A stretch of 64,000 bases of DNA from a virus (taxonomy: Duplodnaviria > Caudoviricetes): the IMG/VR virus record IMGVR_UViG_3300024252_000005; one strand, given 5' to 3'. Each line of letters starts with the position of its first letter. The first letter of the stretch is position 1. Made by a program: the position numbers and the translations under genes. The notes under the pieces are model-generated. The model was not told the DNA's origin. It worked only from the letters and a program-made list of their open reading frames with translations, and did not search any database. This document shows positions 6,509 through 15,256 of the stretch, piece after piece.

Positions 6509-7804
6509 ATGTACATGACAGAGTGTAGACTGAGACAGATTATAAGAAGCGTTTTGATTGAAAACAGAAAGAATAGTATTTTAAAAGAAAGTAATGGATT
6601 AAAAAAAAGCATCCATGTTGATATGTTTACTACTTTTTGTGAACTAACTTTTTATCTTAAGAATGCTTTGCTTAATGAAGATGCTTCTCACAGTGTGTTT
6701 TTTTTTATTGCAAGTAAAATTTTAAGAAAAACTCATGAACCTATTTATATTAATGAAAACTTTATATCAAAGTCTAAAGAATTTTTAAAAGCAATTGGTG
6801 AAGTATTTTCAGTATATAAAAACAGTCTAGATGATGACTTACTTGATGAAAAAAATATTAATGTTTCAAATTATTTAGACGAAAATTATTCTTTTAGAAG
6901 TGATAGTAGAATAGCTTTGGAGAAATATTTTAGTTTAGTTTTGTATTTGAAAAGCAATGCAAATTTTCAAAAGTGCCTAAACGTTTTAAAAAAAAGGTTA
7001 AAGTCTATATCTATTTTTGATGAGTTTAATATTAACAATGTCAAAGGAAAACAATTAATCAATACAGCAACAGAGTTTTTAAATTACTTTTCTAAAGTAA
7101 ACAAGCTTTTAGATAAAAATAAAAAAGATTTCCCTTCAGAAGGAAGAACAAATATTGTCAAAGTTTTAAAAGTCATAGACAGATATTTAGAGAAATTACC
7201 AAAGAGCGTTGACATAGAAGCTCAAGAAATATTTGAAAAAGGTTTTATATTACAACGAAAATGGATGATTTTTACTAAAACCATAGAATCAGAAGATAAA
7301 GTGATTTATACAGAGCAGCCTTTTGATTTGAGTAGGATTTCTAGCATAGCGCTGAAGCAAGGATTAAAACCTGATGGTGTTTGGTATTCTTTTGGTAATG
7401 ATTGGGATGATTTCTGTCAGCAAAATAGATTTAATACTAATAAATATAATTTCAAGTATCTTATAGAAGTTGATGAATCTAAAATTTTTACAATTAGTGA
7501 TGAAAGTGATCTTAAGCAATTTGAAAGCTTATATTATATTGAACCTGATGAGATTGGTTTAGATTATATTGATTGGGGAAAAGTTGAAAATGACGGGTAT
7601 TCTGGTTTTCAAATAAAAAACTGGGATACTTTAATGTATAAAGCAATAAAAAATATGCAAACAGGACAAAACTGGCTATCAAAATATGATATTAGTTCTG
7701 GATGTATATGGAATAAAAATGTCGTAATAGATTTTCATGATTTGAGCTATAAATATACACCTGCTATTTTTGCACGTAACAAGCAAAAATTAGAAAATCT
7801 ATAG
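6509..7804 (+). CDS. Leader-bearing protein with C-terminal KPDGVWYS...IDW...GYSGFQI domain of unknown function
   Basis: ORF track; AGGAG RBS; leader MYMTECRLRQIIRSVLIE. Confidence 0.8.
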   Translation: MYMTECRLRQIIRSVLIENRKNSILKESNGLKKSIHVDMFTTFCELTFYLKNALLNEDASHSVFFFIASKILRKTHEPIYINENFISKSKEFLKAIGEVFSVYKNSLDDDLLDEKNINVSNYLDENYSFRSDSRIALEKYFSLVLYLKSNANFQKCLNVLKKRLKSISIFDEFNINNVKGKQLINTATEFLNYFSKVNKLLDKNKKDFPSEGRTNIVKVLKVIDRYLEKLPKSVDIEAQEIFEKGFILQRKWMIFTKTIESEDKVIYTEQPFDLSRISSIALKQGLKPDGVWYSFGNDWDDFCQQNRFNTNKYNFKYLIEVDESKIFTISDESDLKQFESLYYIEPDEIGLDYIDWGKVENDGYSGFQIKNWDTLMYKAIKNMQTGQNWLSKYDISSGCIWNKNVVIDFHDLSYKYTPAIFARNKQKLENL

Positions 7805-7881
7805 TTTAAAAAATAATTGAAGAAATAGGCGGTTGTGAAGCGTGGATAGATAAATTGTATTAAAGATATTTTTAAATAATG

Positions 7882-8827
7882 TGTTGATAAATATATAATA
7901 GATAAAAGGAGTTTATTTATGCGTATTACTGAAAGGAAACTAAGAAATATTATAAAAAGTATTATTTGTGAAAAAAGGAGTAATAAGAAATTAAATGTTG
8001 AAATTGATAGACGAATACTAAAACAAGTAGAATATATGTTTGAATATAATTATTCTATTTTTGTAGAAGACAAAGAAAACCAATTAATTGTAGCTATGCA
8101 TAAGATGGATAGAGTTCGTAAAAGCCAAGAAGAACGTAAATTAAATACAATTGGAAGATTTAAAAGAAAGCCTGGCAAAAAAGTTGGTTCTGTTATTTTT
8201 GATAAATACACCAGAAAAGAAGGTAAAGTAATTCCTTTAGGGGTTAAAGTTGGTGGTAGTAAAAGAAAAGGTGTTTGGTGCGTTGGTTTATCAGAGCTTA
8301 AAAATCATGATGAATTAGGTTTAGGGCCTATCATGTATGAAGTTGGTATAGAGTATATAAGTAGGCATAAAAACTGTGCTGTTGGTGCTCATTTTAATGG
8401 TGGTTCATCTAAACATGCTTTTAGAGTCTGGGAAAAATTTGACAACAGAGAAGACTTTGAAAAATATCAATTTGATATAGATTTAGATTACGAAGACTTT
8501 AAGGGTAACAAGAGAGAGGAAAATAATTTAACAAAAAATATTTCTCAAATAACACCTGAAGATGATAGTGATGATATTGGATTTGGTTTGAACAACTTAA
8601 ATTACACTTTGAATTTAAAAAAGTCTGAATTTGTAAAAAGTTGGTTTAAATCACCTTTGACAAGAGGTTTTTTTAACAATAAAGGTAGAGTTATTAAGCT
8701 GTTACATTCTAAAGATTTAATATTTAAATGTTGACATTAATTAAGTATAGATAGATTATGTTGATAAATATATAATAGATAAAAGGAGTTTATTTATGCG
8801 TATTACTGAAAAGAAACTAAGAAATAT
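7882..8827 (+). repeat. 69-bp near-exact duplication (7882-7950 and 8759-8827; 1 mismatch) covering promoter region, AAGGAG RBS and the first leader codons
   Basis: Direct comparison; first 53 bp identical. Confidence 0.9.
7919..8734 (+). CDS. Leader-bearing protein, possible GNAT-like domain
   Basis: Leader MRITERKLRNIIKSIICE; GLGPIMYE...SSKHAFRVWEKF resembles GNAT motifs A/B. Confidence 0.6.
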   Translation: MRITERKLRNIIKSIICEKRSNKKLNVEIDRRILKQVEYMFEYNYSIFVEDKENQLIVAMHKMDRVRKSQEERKLNTIGRFKRKPGKKVGSVIFDKYTRKEGKVIPLGVKVGGSKRKGVWCVGLSELKNHDELGLGPIMYEVGIEYISRHKNCAVGAHFNGGSSKHAFRVWEKFDNREDFEKYQFDIDLDYEDFKGNKREENNLTKNISQITPEDDSDDIGFGLNNLNYTLNLKKSEFVKSWFKSPLTRGFFNNKGRVIKLLHSKDLIFKC

Positions 8828-9536
8828 CATAAGATATGTTTTGGCTGAAGCTGTTGTGCGACCAAAAGCTAGAGTAGATCATAAATTTATGTTCGATCAA
8901 TGGTTGCACACTGTATTTTTAGGTGTTGAAGATAATTTTAGACCTTACGTCAAAGCTGTATATAAGACAAAATCAAAGCAAGACAGGCTTTTAGCGAGAT
9001 GGATGCTGCTTAAGAGTAAAAAGAATCAAACTAACGAACCATTAGAAGTATTTTATGAATATATTAGCAATAGAGTAGAAAACAATGGAGATCTTTTTAA
9101 AAAAGAAATGCTAGGTGACTTTTTCATGGATAATGATGTTAATCCTTATGATATATTTTATTATTTGAAATATTTTATTAAACCTAAAAAAGATTTTAGC
9201 AAATTCAATAAAAATAAAATTCCTTCATCTACTGCTTCTTCTAAAGATTTTGCTATTGAAATTGATGTATTGGGTTGGGATATGTTAAAGTCAGTTAGAG
9301 AAAAGTACGGAAATGAAAGACTTGATCTTAATAATTTACAAGATAAAACTCATATTGACAATGATATGTATAATGATGATAGTGATGAAGTGCTCAAGAG
9401 ATTTTGCAAATTAATTGGAATTGACTTTAATGACAAAAGAGCACTAGCAAACTACTTTTCAGATCAAGCTGCTTCTTCAGGCGTTGATAGCTGGGGAAAT
9501 AGATTACCTAAAATAGATACTTACGAAGAACAATAA
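8796..9536 (+). CDS. Leader-bearing hypothetical protein (MRITEKKLRNIIRYVLAE...)
   Basis: ORF track; shared leader. Confidence 0.85.
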   Translation: MRITEKKLRNIIRYVLAEAVVRPKARVDHKFMFDQWLHTVFLGVEDNFRPYVKAVYKTKSKQDRLLARWMLLKSKKNQTNEPLEVFYEYISNRVENNGDLFKKEMLGDFFMDNDVNPYDIFYYLKYFIKPKKDFSKFNKNKIPSSTASSKDFAIEIDVLGWDMLKSVREKYGNERLDLNNLQDKTHIDNDMYNDDSDEVLKRFCKLIGIDFNDKRALANYFSDQAASSGVDSWGNRLPKIDTYEEQ

Positions 9537-9550
9537 AAAGGATACTAAAT

Positions 9551-9931
9551 ATGAGAATTACAGAGAAAAAATTAAGAAAGCTAATAAGAGAAACAATAGA
9601 GTCAACAATGAGGGAGTCAGATTATGACGAGTATAGCTCAGACCCTAGATTTAGAGATTTTGGAGATTCTGCAGCTATTGGGAGTGAAGATGACGAGCTA
9701 GAAGATAATGACATGTACGCTGAAGAACACTACATGTCTGACATGGAATCTTCTGATTTAAATTCATCTGGTACTTCTGGAATAGTACCAGATGACCTAG
9801 ATGATTGGAGAAATACAGATTCATACAGGGGTTTAGATGATGAAGAATTACAACCAGATGATTATAATCTAGATTTAATTGAAGACCCTATGTATATGGA
9901 TGCAGAAGATACTGATTATTTTGAAAACTAA
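9551..9931 (+). CDS. Leader-bearing, extremely acidic small protein
   Basis: Leader MRITEKKLRKLIRETIE; roughly one third D/E after the leader. Confidence 0.85.
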   Translation: MRITEKKLRKLIRETIESTMRESDYDEYSSDPRFRDFGDSAAIGSEDDELEDNDMYAEEHYMSDMESSDLNSSGTSGIVPDDLDDWRNTDSYRGLDDEELQPDDYNLDLIEDPMYMDAEDTDYFEN

Positions 9932-9933
9932 GT

Positions 9934-10089
9934 TTAATTATTGCATAATACATTTACTGACTTGTCTATTTTAAGACGCTCTTCAGCTGTGAATGTATTT
10001 CTTTTAACAGCTTCTTCTAGAATAGCTATTAATATGTTAACACATTTAACTTGATTGTGGTTTATAACATATAAATTTATTTTTGTCAT
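9934..10089 (-). CDS. Small helical hypothetical protein (51 aa, MTKINLYVINHNQVKCVNILIAILEEAVKRNTF...)
   Basis: Read by hand; fills the gap exactly; below ORF-track cutoff. Confidence 0.5.
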   Translation of the reverse strand: MTKINLYVINHNQVKCVNILIAILEEAVKRNTFTAEERLKIDKSVNVLCNN

Positions 10090-10107
10090 GATATTTATTT
10101 TATTGTT

Positions 10108-10350
10108 ATGAAAAAGTTTTATATATTATTGATAGTTTTGTTTTCTTTTACAATTAATTGTGATGACAAAAATAACAACGAAGATAAAAAGTCTTCTGAG
10201 TGTCAAAAAATAATAGAAAAAGTTGAAGATTGCATGAATTTACACAGAGGAGCATTTAGTTATATTAATTCATGTGGAAAAGTAGAAATAAATGAAGTTA
10301 ACAGACTAAATTCATGTGATCAGTTATTAGAATATATTCTTGGCAAGTAA
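10108..10350 (+). CDS. Putative lipoprotein
   Basis: MKK + hydrophobic stretch ending TINC (lipobox-like Cys), followed by several Cys. Confidence 0.6.
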   Translation: MKKFYILLIVLFSFTINCDDKNNNEDKKSSECQKIIEKVEDCMNLHRGAFSYINSCGKVEINEVNRLNSCDQLLEYILGK

Positions 10351-10352
10351 AG

Positions 10353-11120
10353 TTACCAACTAAAAATTATTCCACCTTTCAGCATAAAGTCTGTATTTTC
10401 TACTTTTTCTGACGGTACTGTGTCGTACAAATAAGTAATAGCTGTATCTATTCCTAGACTATATTCACTTCTATTAACAATAGAAGATCTAAGTTTAATC
10501 TCGCTATTAATTCTATAGTCACTATGATTAAACAATAAGGGCTGATAGTAAGTTACAACAGAGACAAAACTGGAATCATTTTCATTGAAATATTTTGTTA
10601 AAGTAAAATAAGAAGTTATTCTTGAGTGTGTTGTTGTTTCATAAGATAATTGCTCATGATCTGACATTATGCCTAAACCTGAAGATATTTGGAAAAGATT
10701 ATTGTTTTGTAGAGGCTTTTCAAATCTTATACCGACACCATTGAGTTGTCTTAAGCTTAAGTCTCTAAATTCATTATACTGAGTTTGAGTAAATATTTCA
10801 TATCCTAAAAATTCATGCAACATAATAGTATATCTAAAGTGGACAAAAGCGTTATTCTTGTAAATCTCTTTGTCTTGAAATCCTTTGCTTGCTGAACCCT
10901 TTAGCAAGATATGATTTTTGTTTAATTTATAGTGTAAGTCTTTTTTAATTTCGTATACTTGAGAATTAACATTGCCTTTTTGAAATTGAATATTTACTTT
11001 AAACTCTCCGTAAAAGCCTGTTTTAGTTGCTGAGTTCCTAAAAGATTCAATGTTTACTTGCGCAAACAAAGTATTGCAAGAAAGCAATACTATTATTAAT
11101 GTTGATATTATGCTTTTCAT
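10353..11120 (-). CDS. Outer-membrane beta-barrel protein, DUF481-like
   Basis: Cleavable signal peptide (...TLFA|QVNIE), alternating hydrophobic beta-strand pattern, C-terminal aromatic motif IIFSW. Confidence 0.65.
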   Translation of the reverse strand: MKSIISTLIIVLLSCNTLFAQVNIESFRNSATKTGFYGEFKVNIQFQKGNVNSQVYEIKKDLHYKLNKNHILLKGSASKGFQDKEIYKNNAFVHFRYTIMLHEFLGYEIFTQTQYNEFRDLSLRQLNGVGIRFEKPLQNNNLFQISSGLGIMSDHEQLSYETTTHSRITSYFTLTKYFNENDSSFVSVVTYYQPLLFNHSDYRINSEIKLRSSIVNRSEYSLGIDTAITYLYDTVPSEKVENTDFMLKGGIIFSW

Positions 11121-11137
11121 TTAAATTCCATTTGATC

Positions 11138-12532
11138 TTATAAGTTTCTCTGCAATTTGGGAAATACAGCTTTTAAGTTTTTAGGTAGTTTAACTCTACT
11201 ACTGTTTTTAATTTGATCTATAACTTCTTTAGACAAAGTTATGGCTTTAGGAGCAGATCCAAATATTTCTTTAAGATTAAGTATTTGTGCAATTTCTGGC
11301 ACACCTTTTTTACTCCCATCAATATATTTTTTATGTGAATAAACTGTGCCCCCACCACCTTCTGTATTTCCTTCTACAGTTTCATACCACATTCTACCTG
11401 ATTTGTTGTCTATTCCTACATCTTTGACAATAGCAAAATGTTGTGCATAAGGAGAATGTTTTTTAGGATAAAGTGCAACTATGCTCCCAACGAACAATAC
11501 TTTTTTAATTGCATTTGATTTTTCTTTAATAGATCTGTCTTTAAAATCTTCATGATTATAAGCCATATCTTCGCTATCTATATAATTTTTATATACTCGG
11601 CGAGCGCTAGCAAAAGATGATATTTTCGTATCTATTTCACCTCTAGATAGAATTCCAGCAATCATTACACCACACCAAGATACTTTCTCTAGACTGTCTG
11701 GAACTTTATCTGTGCTTATTCCTAAATCATTTTTTATATTTTTATAAAGGTCTTCTGTGAGCCATACTGTAATTGTGTTAGTTCTTGCAGTTGAAGCAAT
11801 AGATGAAACCATTGCTGAATATTCTTTCCATTTAGGGTGAGACTGACATTCTTTTTTAATTTCTGACATTTCTTTGTTTGATTCTATTGATTTCCCATCG
11901 TTAACTGTATACTTATAGAACAACTTGTATCTATTTTCTCTATTTAGCTCTAATGCTCTTTGACCCTTTTTAGCGCTACCTATTGTCTGGTAAAGTAATT
12001 TGTTTTTTGCAAAAAGTGTAGTTATCCATATAGATTTAAGATAAGGGTCGTTTTGATACTCTTGATAATCAGAAGTTTGTCCTTTGGCCGCTGACAAGAC
12101 TTTTCTAACTTTTTCTACTTGTTCCTCTATTTCTTTTGCTTTGTTTAACTTGCTTTTTAATGAAGCACCTTTTACTTTGCCTCTTTCAGAATATTTTTCT
12201 ATGTCTTTTTTTATTTCGTCAATTAACTCTTTTGGTGACTTCTTGCTCTTGTCAACAGTACCTGAATCACCGTCAACAGAAGCTATTTTTTCTAAATGCT
12301 TTATAGAATCCTTAGGCATTTCACTACTGATATCGCTCGTAGAATTACCAGCTAATATACCAGTTCCTATACCTGAGAGTAGAGCTGCCAAAGCTAACTC
12401 TTTTGTTCCTTCATTTAACAAAAGATCTTCTTCTATTTGTTCAAACAGCTTATCACTTTTATATGAAACATTATTTTTTTTCATTGACAATAGCTTTTTA
12501 TATGTTTCTATTTCTAGACTTTTTACTTTCAT
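11138..12532 (-). CDS. CHAP-domain (Cys/His amidase-peptidase) protein, possibly virion-associated
   Basis: SWCGVMIA (Cys), QHFAIV (His), ETVEGNT; N-terminal LLLNE followed by a hydrophobic segment. Confidence 0.65.
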   Translation of the reverse strand: MKVKSLEIETYKKLLSMKKNNVSYKSDKLFEQIEEDLLLNEGTKELALAALLSGIGTGILAGNSTSDISSEMPKDSIKHLEKIASVDGDSGTVDKSKKSPKELIDEIKKDIEKYSERGKVKGASLKSKLNKAKEIEEQVEKVRKVLSAAKGQTSDYQEYQNDPYLKSIWITTLFAKNKLLYQTIGSAKKGQRALELNRENRYKLFYKYTVNDGKSIESNKEMSEIKKECQSHPKWKEYSAMVSSIASTARTNTITVWLTEDLYKNIKNDLGISTDKVPDSLEKVSWCGVMIAGILSRGEIDTKISSFASARRVYKNYIDSEDMAYNHEDFKDRSIKEKSNAIKKVLFVGSIVALYPKKHSPYAQHFAIVKDVGIDNKSGRMWYETVEGNTEGGGGTVYSHKKYIDGSKKGVPEIAQILNLKEIFGSAPKAITLSKEVIDQIKNSSRVKLPKNLKAVFPKLQRNL

Positions 12533-12591
12533 TTTATTCCTTTATAAATAATTTTAATACAATACTTTAATTATTAAACAAAGAATGGAAA

Positions 12592-12894
12592 ATGAAAGTA
12601 AAAGATAATTTATATATAATACAGTCTGATTTAACTGGAATGATAAAAATAGGTAGATCTAAAGATCCAGCGAAAAGATTAAAACAGCTTCAAACTGGTA
12701 ATCCTAATAAACTAAAATTGATCGCTTGTTTTGAAGGTGAAGGATGGAAAGAAAAAATATTACATGAAAGATTAGAAAAGTTTAGATTGCAAGGCGAATG
12801 GTTTAGTTATAGTTGCGTAGGAAGTATACCTGATAGTATTTATGAAAAAATAAATTGGGGATCTTTTGATAATTGGTGGGAAAGTAATATTTAG
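12592..12894 (+). CDS. T5orf172/MUG113 (GIY-YIG-like) nuclease domain protein
   Basis: LYIIQ...IKIGRSKDPAKRLKQLQTGNP...EKILH...GEWF. Confidence 0.85.
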   Translation: MKVKDNLYIIQSDLTGMIKIGRSKDPAKRLKQLQTGNPNKLKLIACFEGEGWKEKILHERLEKFRLQGEWFSYSCVGSIPDSIYEKINWGSFDNWWESNI

Positions 12895-12915
12895 CTTTAA
12901 AAGAAAGGAATCTTA

Positions 12916-13390
12916 ATGAAAGTTTTTTTTAGAAGAAATTCGTAAAAGAGGCGGCTTTTCATGTCATCATGCACATTTTGATAAAGCTTACCTTGTAGAT
13001 AAAGAAAATTTTATAAGGTCACAGGCTTCTTTACAAGATAAAATAAAAATAGATATTGCAATTCAACCTTTAGAAGGCCTAGAAGATATAAAAAGTAGAG
13101 AAAATTTTATAGAAGCATGTAATAAAGCTGATTATATAGGAGGTTTGTCTGATAGGGACTCATCATCTGAGATCAGCACATACTACATTTGCGATGTTAC
13201 TATCTCAGGTGACTGTATTGCAAAGTTGAGCGGTGCTGCTAGTGCAAGCGGCTGTGACTTGTATGCTACATCAACAGGTCTATTGACAGCGTCTGCATCA
13301 CGTGATGTTGTTGCAATGCTAGCGCCTCGAGCTTATCCATTATTGAATGACTATGCAGACTCAGAGCTTGTCTCAGTAGTGATCAGATGA
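12916..13390 (+). pseudogene. Frameshifted, internally deleted amidohydrolase (cytosine-deaminase-like) relic fused to an unrelated C-terminal fragment
   Basis: GAAAGGA RBS; removing one T from the T8 run (12923-12930) gives MKVFLEEIRKRGGFSCHHAHFDKAYL... with an HxHxD metal motif, in frame to the TGA at 13388-13390. Confidence 0.6.
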
Positions 13391-13408
13391 TCAATATCAA
13401 GTAACCTT

Positions 13409-13894
13409 TTAAATATCTTTTTCTCTATCAGTTTCTGGCAACCATTCAGCGACGTGTTTATTCAATATGATATCTTCTTCTGTATTGTGTTTTATTATTT
13501 TTTTTCCGTTCCATATAGGCAGTTTTTCAACTAGCGCAGTTTGAATGTCATTCAACTGCTCAGTTTTAAGTTGGATTTGTATTTGAGCATCTCTAAGTCT
13601 TCCTATTAGTGCTTCTCGATCAGCATTAGCAGCTGATAGCTTGTCTTTTAGCTCATCTATTTCTGCTGGGTCTTTACCTGCAGCAATCGAGAGCATGCTT
13701 GAAATGCTGCCAGTTAACATTCCTATTATACCTATTAGTATATCACGGTTTTCTTCTTGTATTTTAACGTACGTTAAAAATATGATCAATGCGACTATTA
13801 AAAGCATAAAGACTACAGACGCCCACCATCCCCTTTTAGCTTTTTCTATCTGATTAAACTGTTTATTTGTTTTTTCTTCTTTTTGATCGTTCAT
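13409..13894 (-). CDS. Membrane protein (2 TM + coiled coil)
   Basis: Two hydrophobic helices then heptad-rich segment. Confidence 0.75.
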   Translation of the reverse strand: MNDQKEEKTNKQFNQIEKAKRGWWASVVFMLLIVALIIFLTYVKIQEENRDILIGIIGMLTGSISSMLSIAAGKDPAEIDELKDKLSAANADREALIGRLRDAQIQIQLKTEQLNDIQTALVEKLPIWNGKKIIKHNTEEDIILNKHVAEWLPETDREKDI

Positions 13895-13906
13895 TAGTAA
13901 ATCTCT

Positions 13907-14341
13907 TTATATGTCAACTTTTTTAATTAGAAGATAAGAGAAGTCGTTGTTTATAGAACATGTACCACCTACAGCAGTAACTTTTACTTTAACGGTCTTT
14001 GTACCTGACTCAACTGTTACAGCTGCAACAGATCCATCTATTCCTACTTTATTGTCTTGTGTAGATGAACCTTTAGTGTCTTGCTCAACATTGTCTACTA
14101 GTATGTTCCATTCAGCATAGTTTGAAATATTGTTTGAATTATTTATACCTAGACAACACTCTATAAGATAGTGTCCAGAGGATATAACAATATTATCTGA
14201 ATTTATTGTTGTTCCATTGGTATTATTATAAATAGCTGCAGTATTAAAGTCAACTAAGTCATTTAAAGACAAATTGCCTGAGTTGTTTGTTTTTATAAAC
14301 GCAACCTTCATCGTTTTATATTCTACAGATATATGTGTCAT
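13907..14341 (-). CDS. Small beta-rich hypothetical protein (start reassigned to MTHISVEYK)
   Basis: ATG at 14341 follows the upstream stop (14343-14345); the ORF-track extension overlaps the upstream gene. Confidence 0.7.
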   Translation of the reverse strand: MTHISVEYKTMKVAFIKTNNSGNLSLNDLVDFNTAAIYNNTNGTTINSDNIVISSGHYLIECCLGINNSNNISNYAEWNILVDNVEQDTKGSSTQDNKVGIDGSVAAVTVESGTKTVKVKVTAVGGTCSINNDFSYLLIKKVDI

Positions 14342-14342
14342 G

Positions 14343-14843
14343 TTAAAGTCTCCATATACAACATCTTGCTCTTCCTGCGTAGATTTGACTCGAGTCATCA
14401 TCGTCAATATCATCTATACCAACTGCGTTTAGTATTCTTAGCTCATATGCGTTGTTTTGATTTGTTATAAATATTGCTTTTTCATCAGCTACAGTACCGA
14501 ACGTTCTGCCTTCATTATAATTATAAGATCCAGCGATAAAAGCTTTTATTCCTACATAAGCAGCATTTGTTACGTCATACCACTGGTATGTTACATATGA
14601 ATCAAGTCCTCCACTAGCTAGATGTGTATTAGAAGTCAAATTAGCTTCTAAAATATATGTTTTGCTGTCATTTGGCAATGTAAATTGTGCTCCGTTTTTT
14701 GTTAAAGAAAAATTATTGCTAAAACTAGAGTCTAAACTAGACCATGTAACAGGTTCATCTTGCCCTATTGTCGCTGAACCGCTGTGATAAATATTTAGAT
14801 TTCCATTTATTTTTTTGTTAATAATGTCTTTAATATAAGTCAT
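14343..14843 (-). CDS. Small beta-rich hypothetical protein (MTYIKD...)
   Basis: ORF track; ATGA overlap with upstream gene. Confidence 0.75.
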   Translation of the reverse strand: MTYIKDIINKKINGNLNIYHSGSATIGQDEPVTWSSLDSSFSNNFSLTKNGAQFTLPNDSKTYILEANLTSNTHLASGGLDSYVTYQWYDVTNAAYVGIKAFIAGSYNYNEGRTFGTVADEKAIFITNQNNAYELRILNAVGIDDIDDDDSSQIYAGRARCCIWRL

Positions 14844-15256
14844 GACAGATCTATTCTTATTATTTTCATATTTGCTCTTTCAACATCTTGTGCTAGTGTT
14901 ATTGAAAGAGAGTTTTGATATTTTGGATAGTGTGAATTACCGTTATAAATAGCAATGTCATCGCTTCTTACAGATGCGCCAGCACCAGTAATAGAACTTT
15001 CAGGCATATTTGATCCCATTAGATGTAAATTACTAGTATTGCCGCTGTAATGAATTCTAGCTAGTCCGTAAGCATTTGAGTTTGGAGAAAAACAAGCCTC
15101 ACTATAATAGCTGCTATTATCAGAGGATAGTATATTGTCTCCACTCAAGCTTAACCAGTTAACATTAAAAGTATTAAACGTGGCGTCTGTAGTTCCTGAT
15201 ATTTTTCCTATATCGAAAGGTGAAACTTCTCTAGCAGTATTTTTTATATAAGTCAT
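14840..15256 (-). CDS. Small beta-rich hypothetical protein (MTYIKN...)
   Basis: ORF track; similar N-terminus to neighbours. Confidence 0.75.
   Translation of the reverse strand: MTYIKNTAREVSPFDIGKISGTTDATFNTFNVNWLSLSGDNILSSDNSSYYSEACFSPNSNAYGLARIHYSGNTSNLHLMGSNMPESSITGAGASVRSDDIAIYNGNSHYPKYQNSLSITLAQDVERANMKIIRIDLS

Noticed and set aside
13150-13390. Structured ncRNA in the GC-richer stretch (several possible stems, CATCACGTGATG palindrome)
   Set aside because: The stretch reads as plausible protein in frame with the deaminase relic, and the stems are short and mutually exclusive; a covariation test would be needed to revive this
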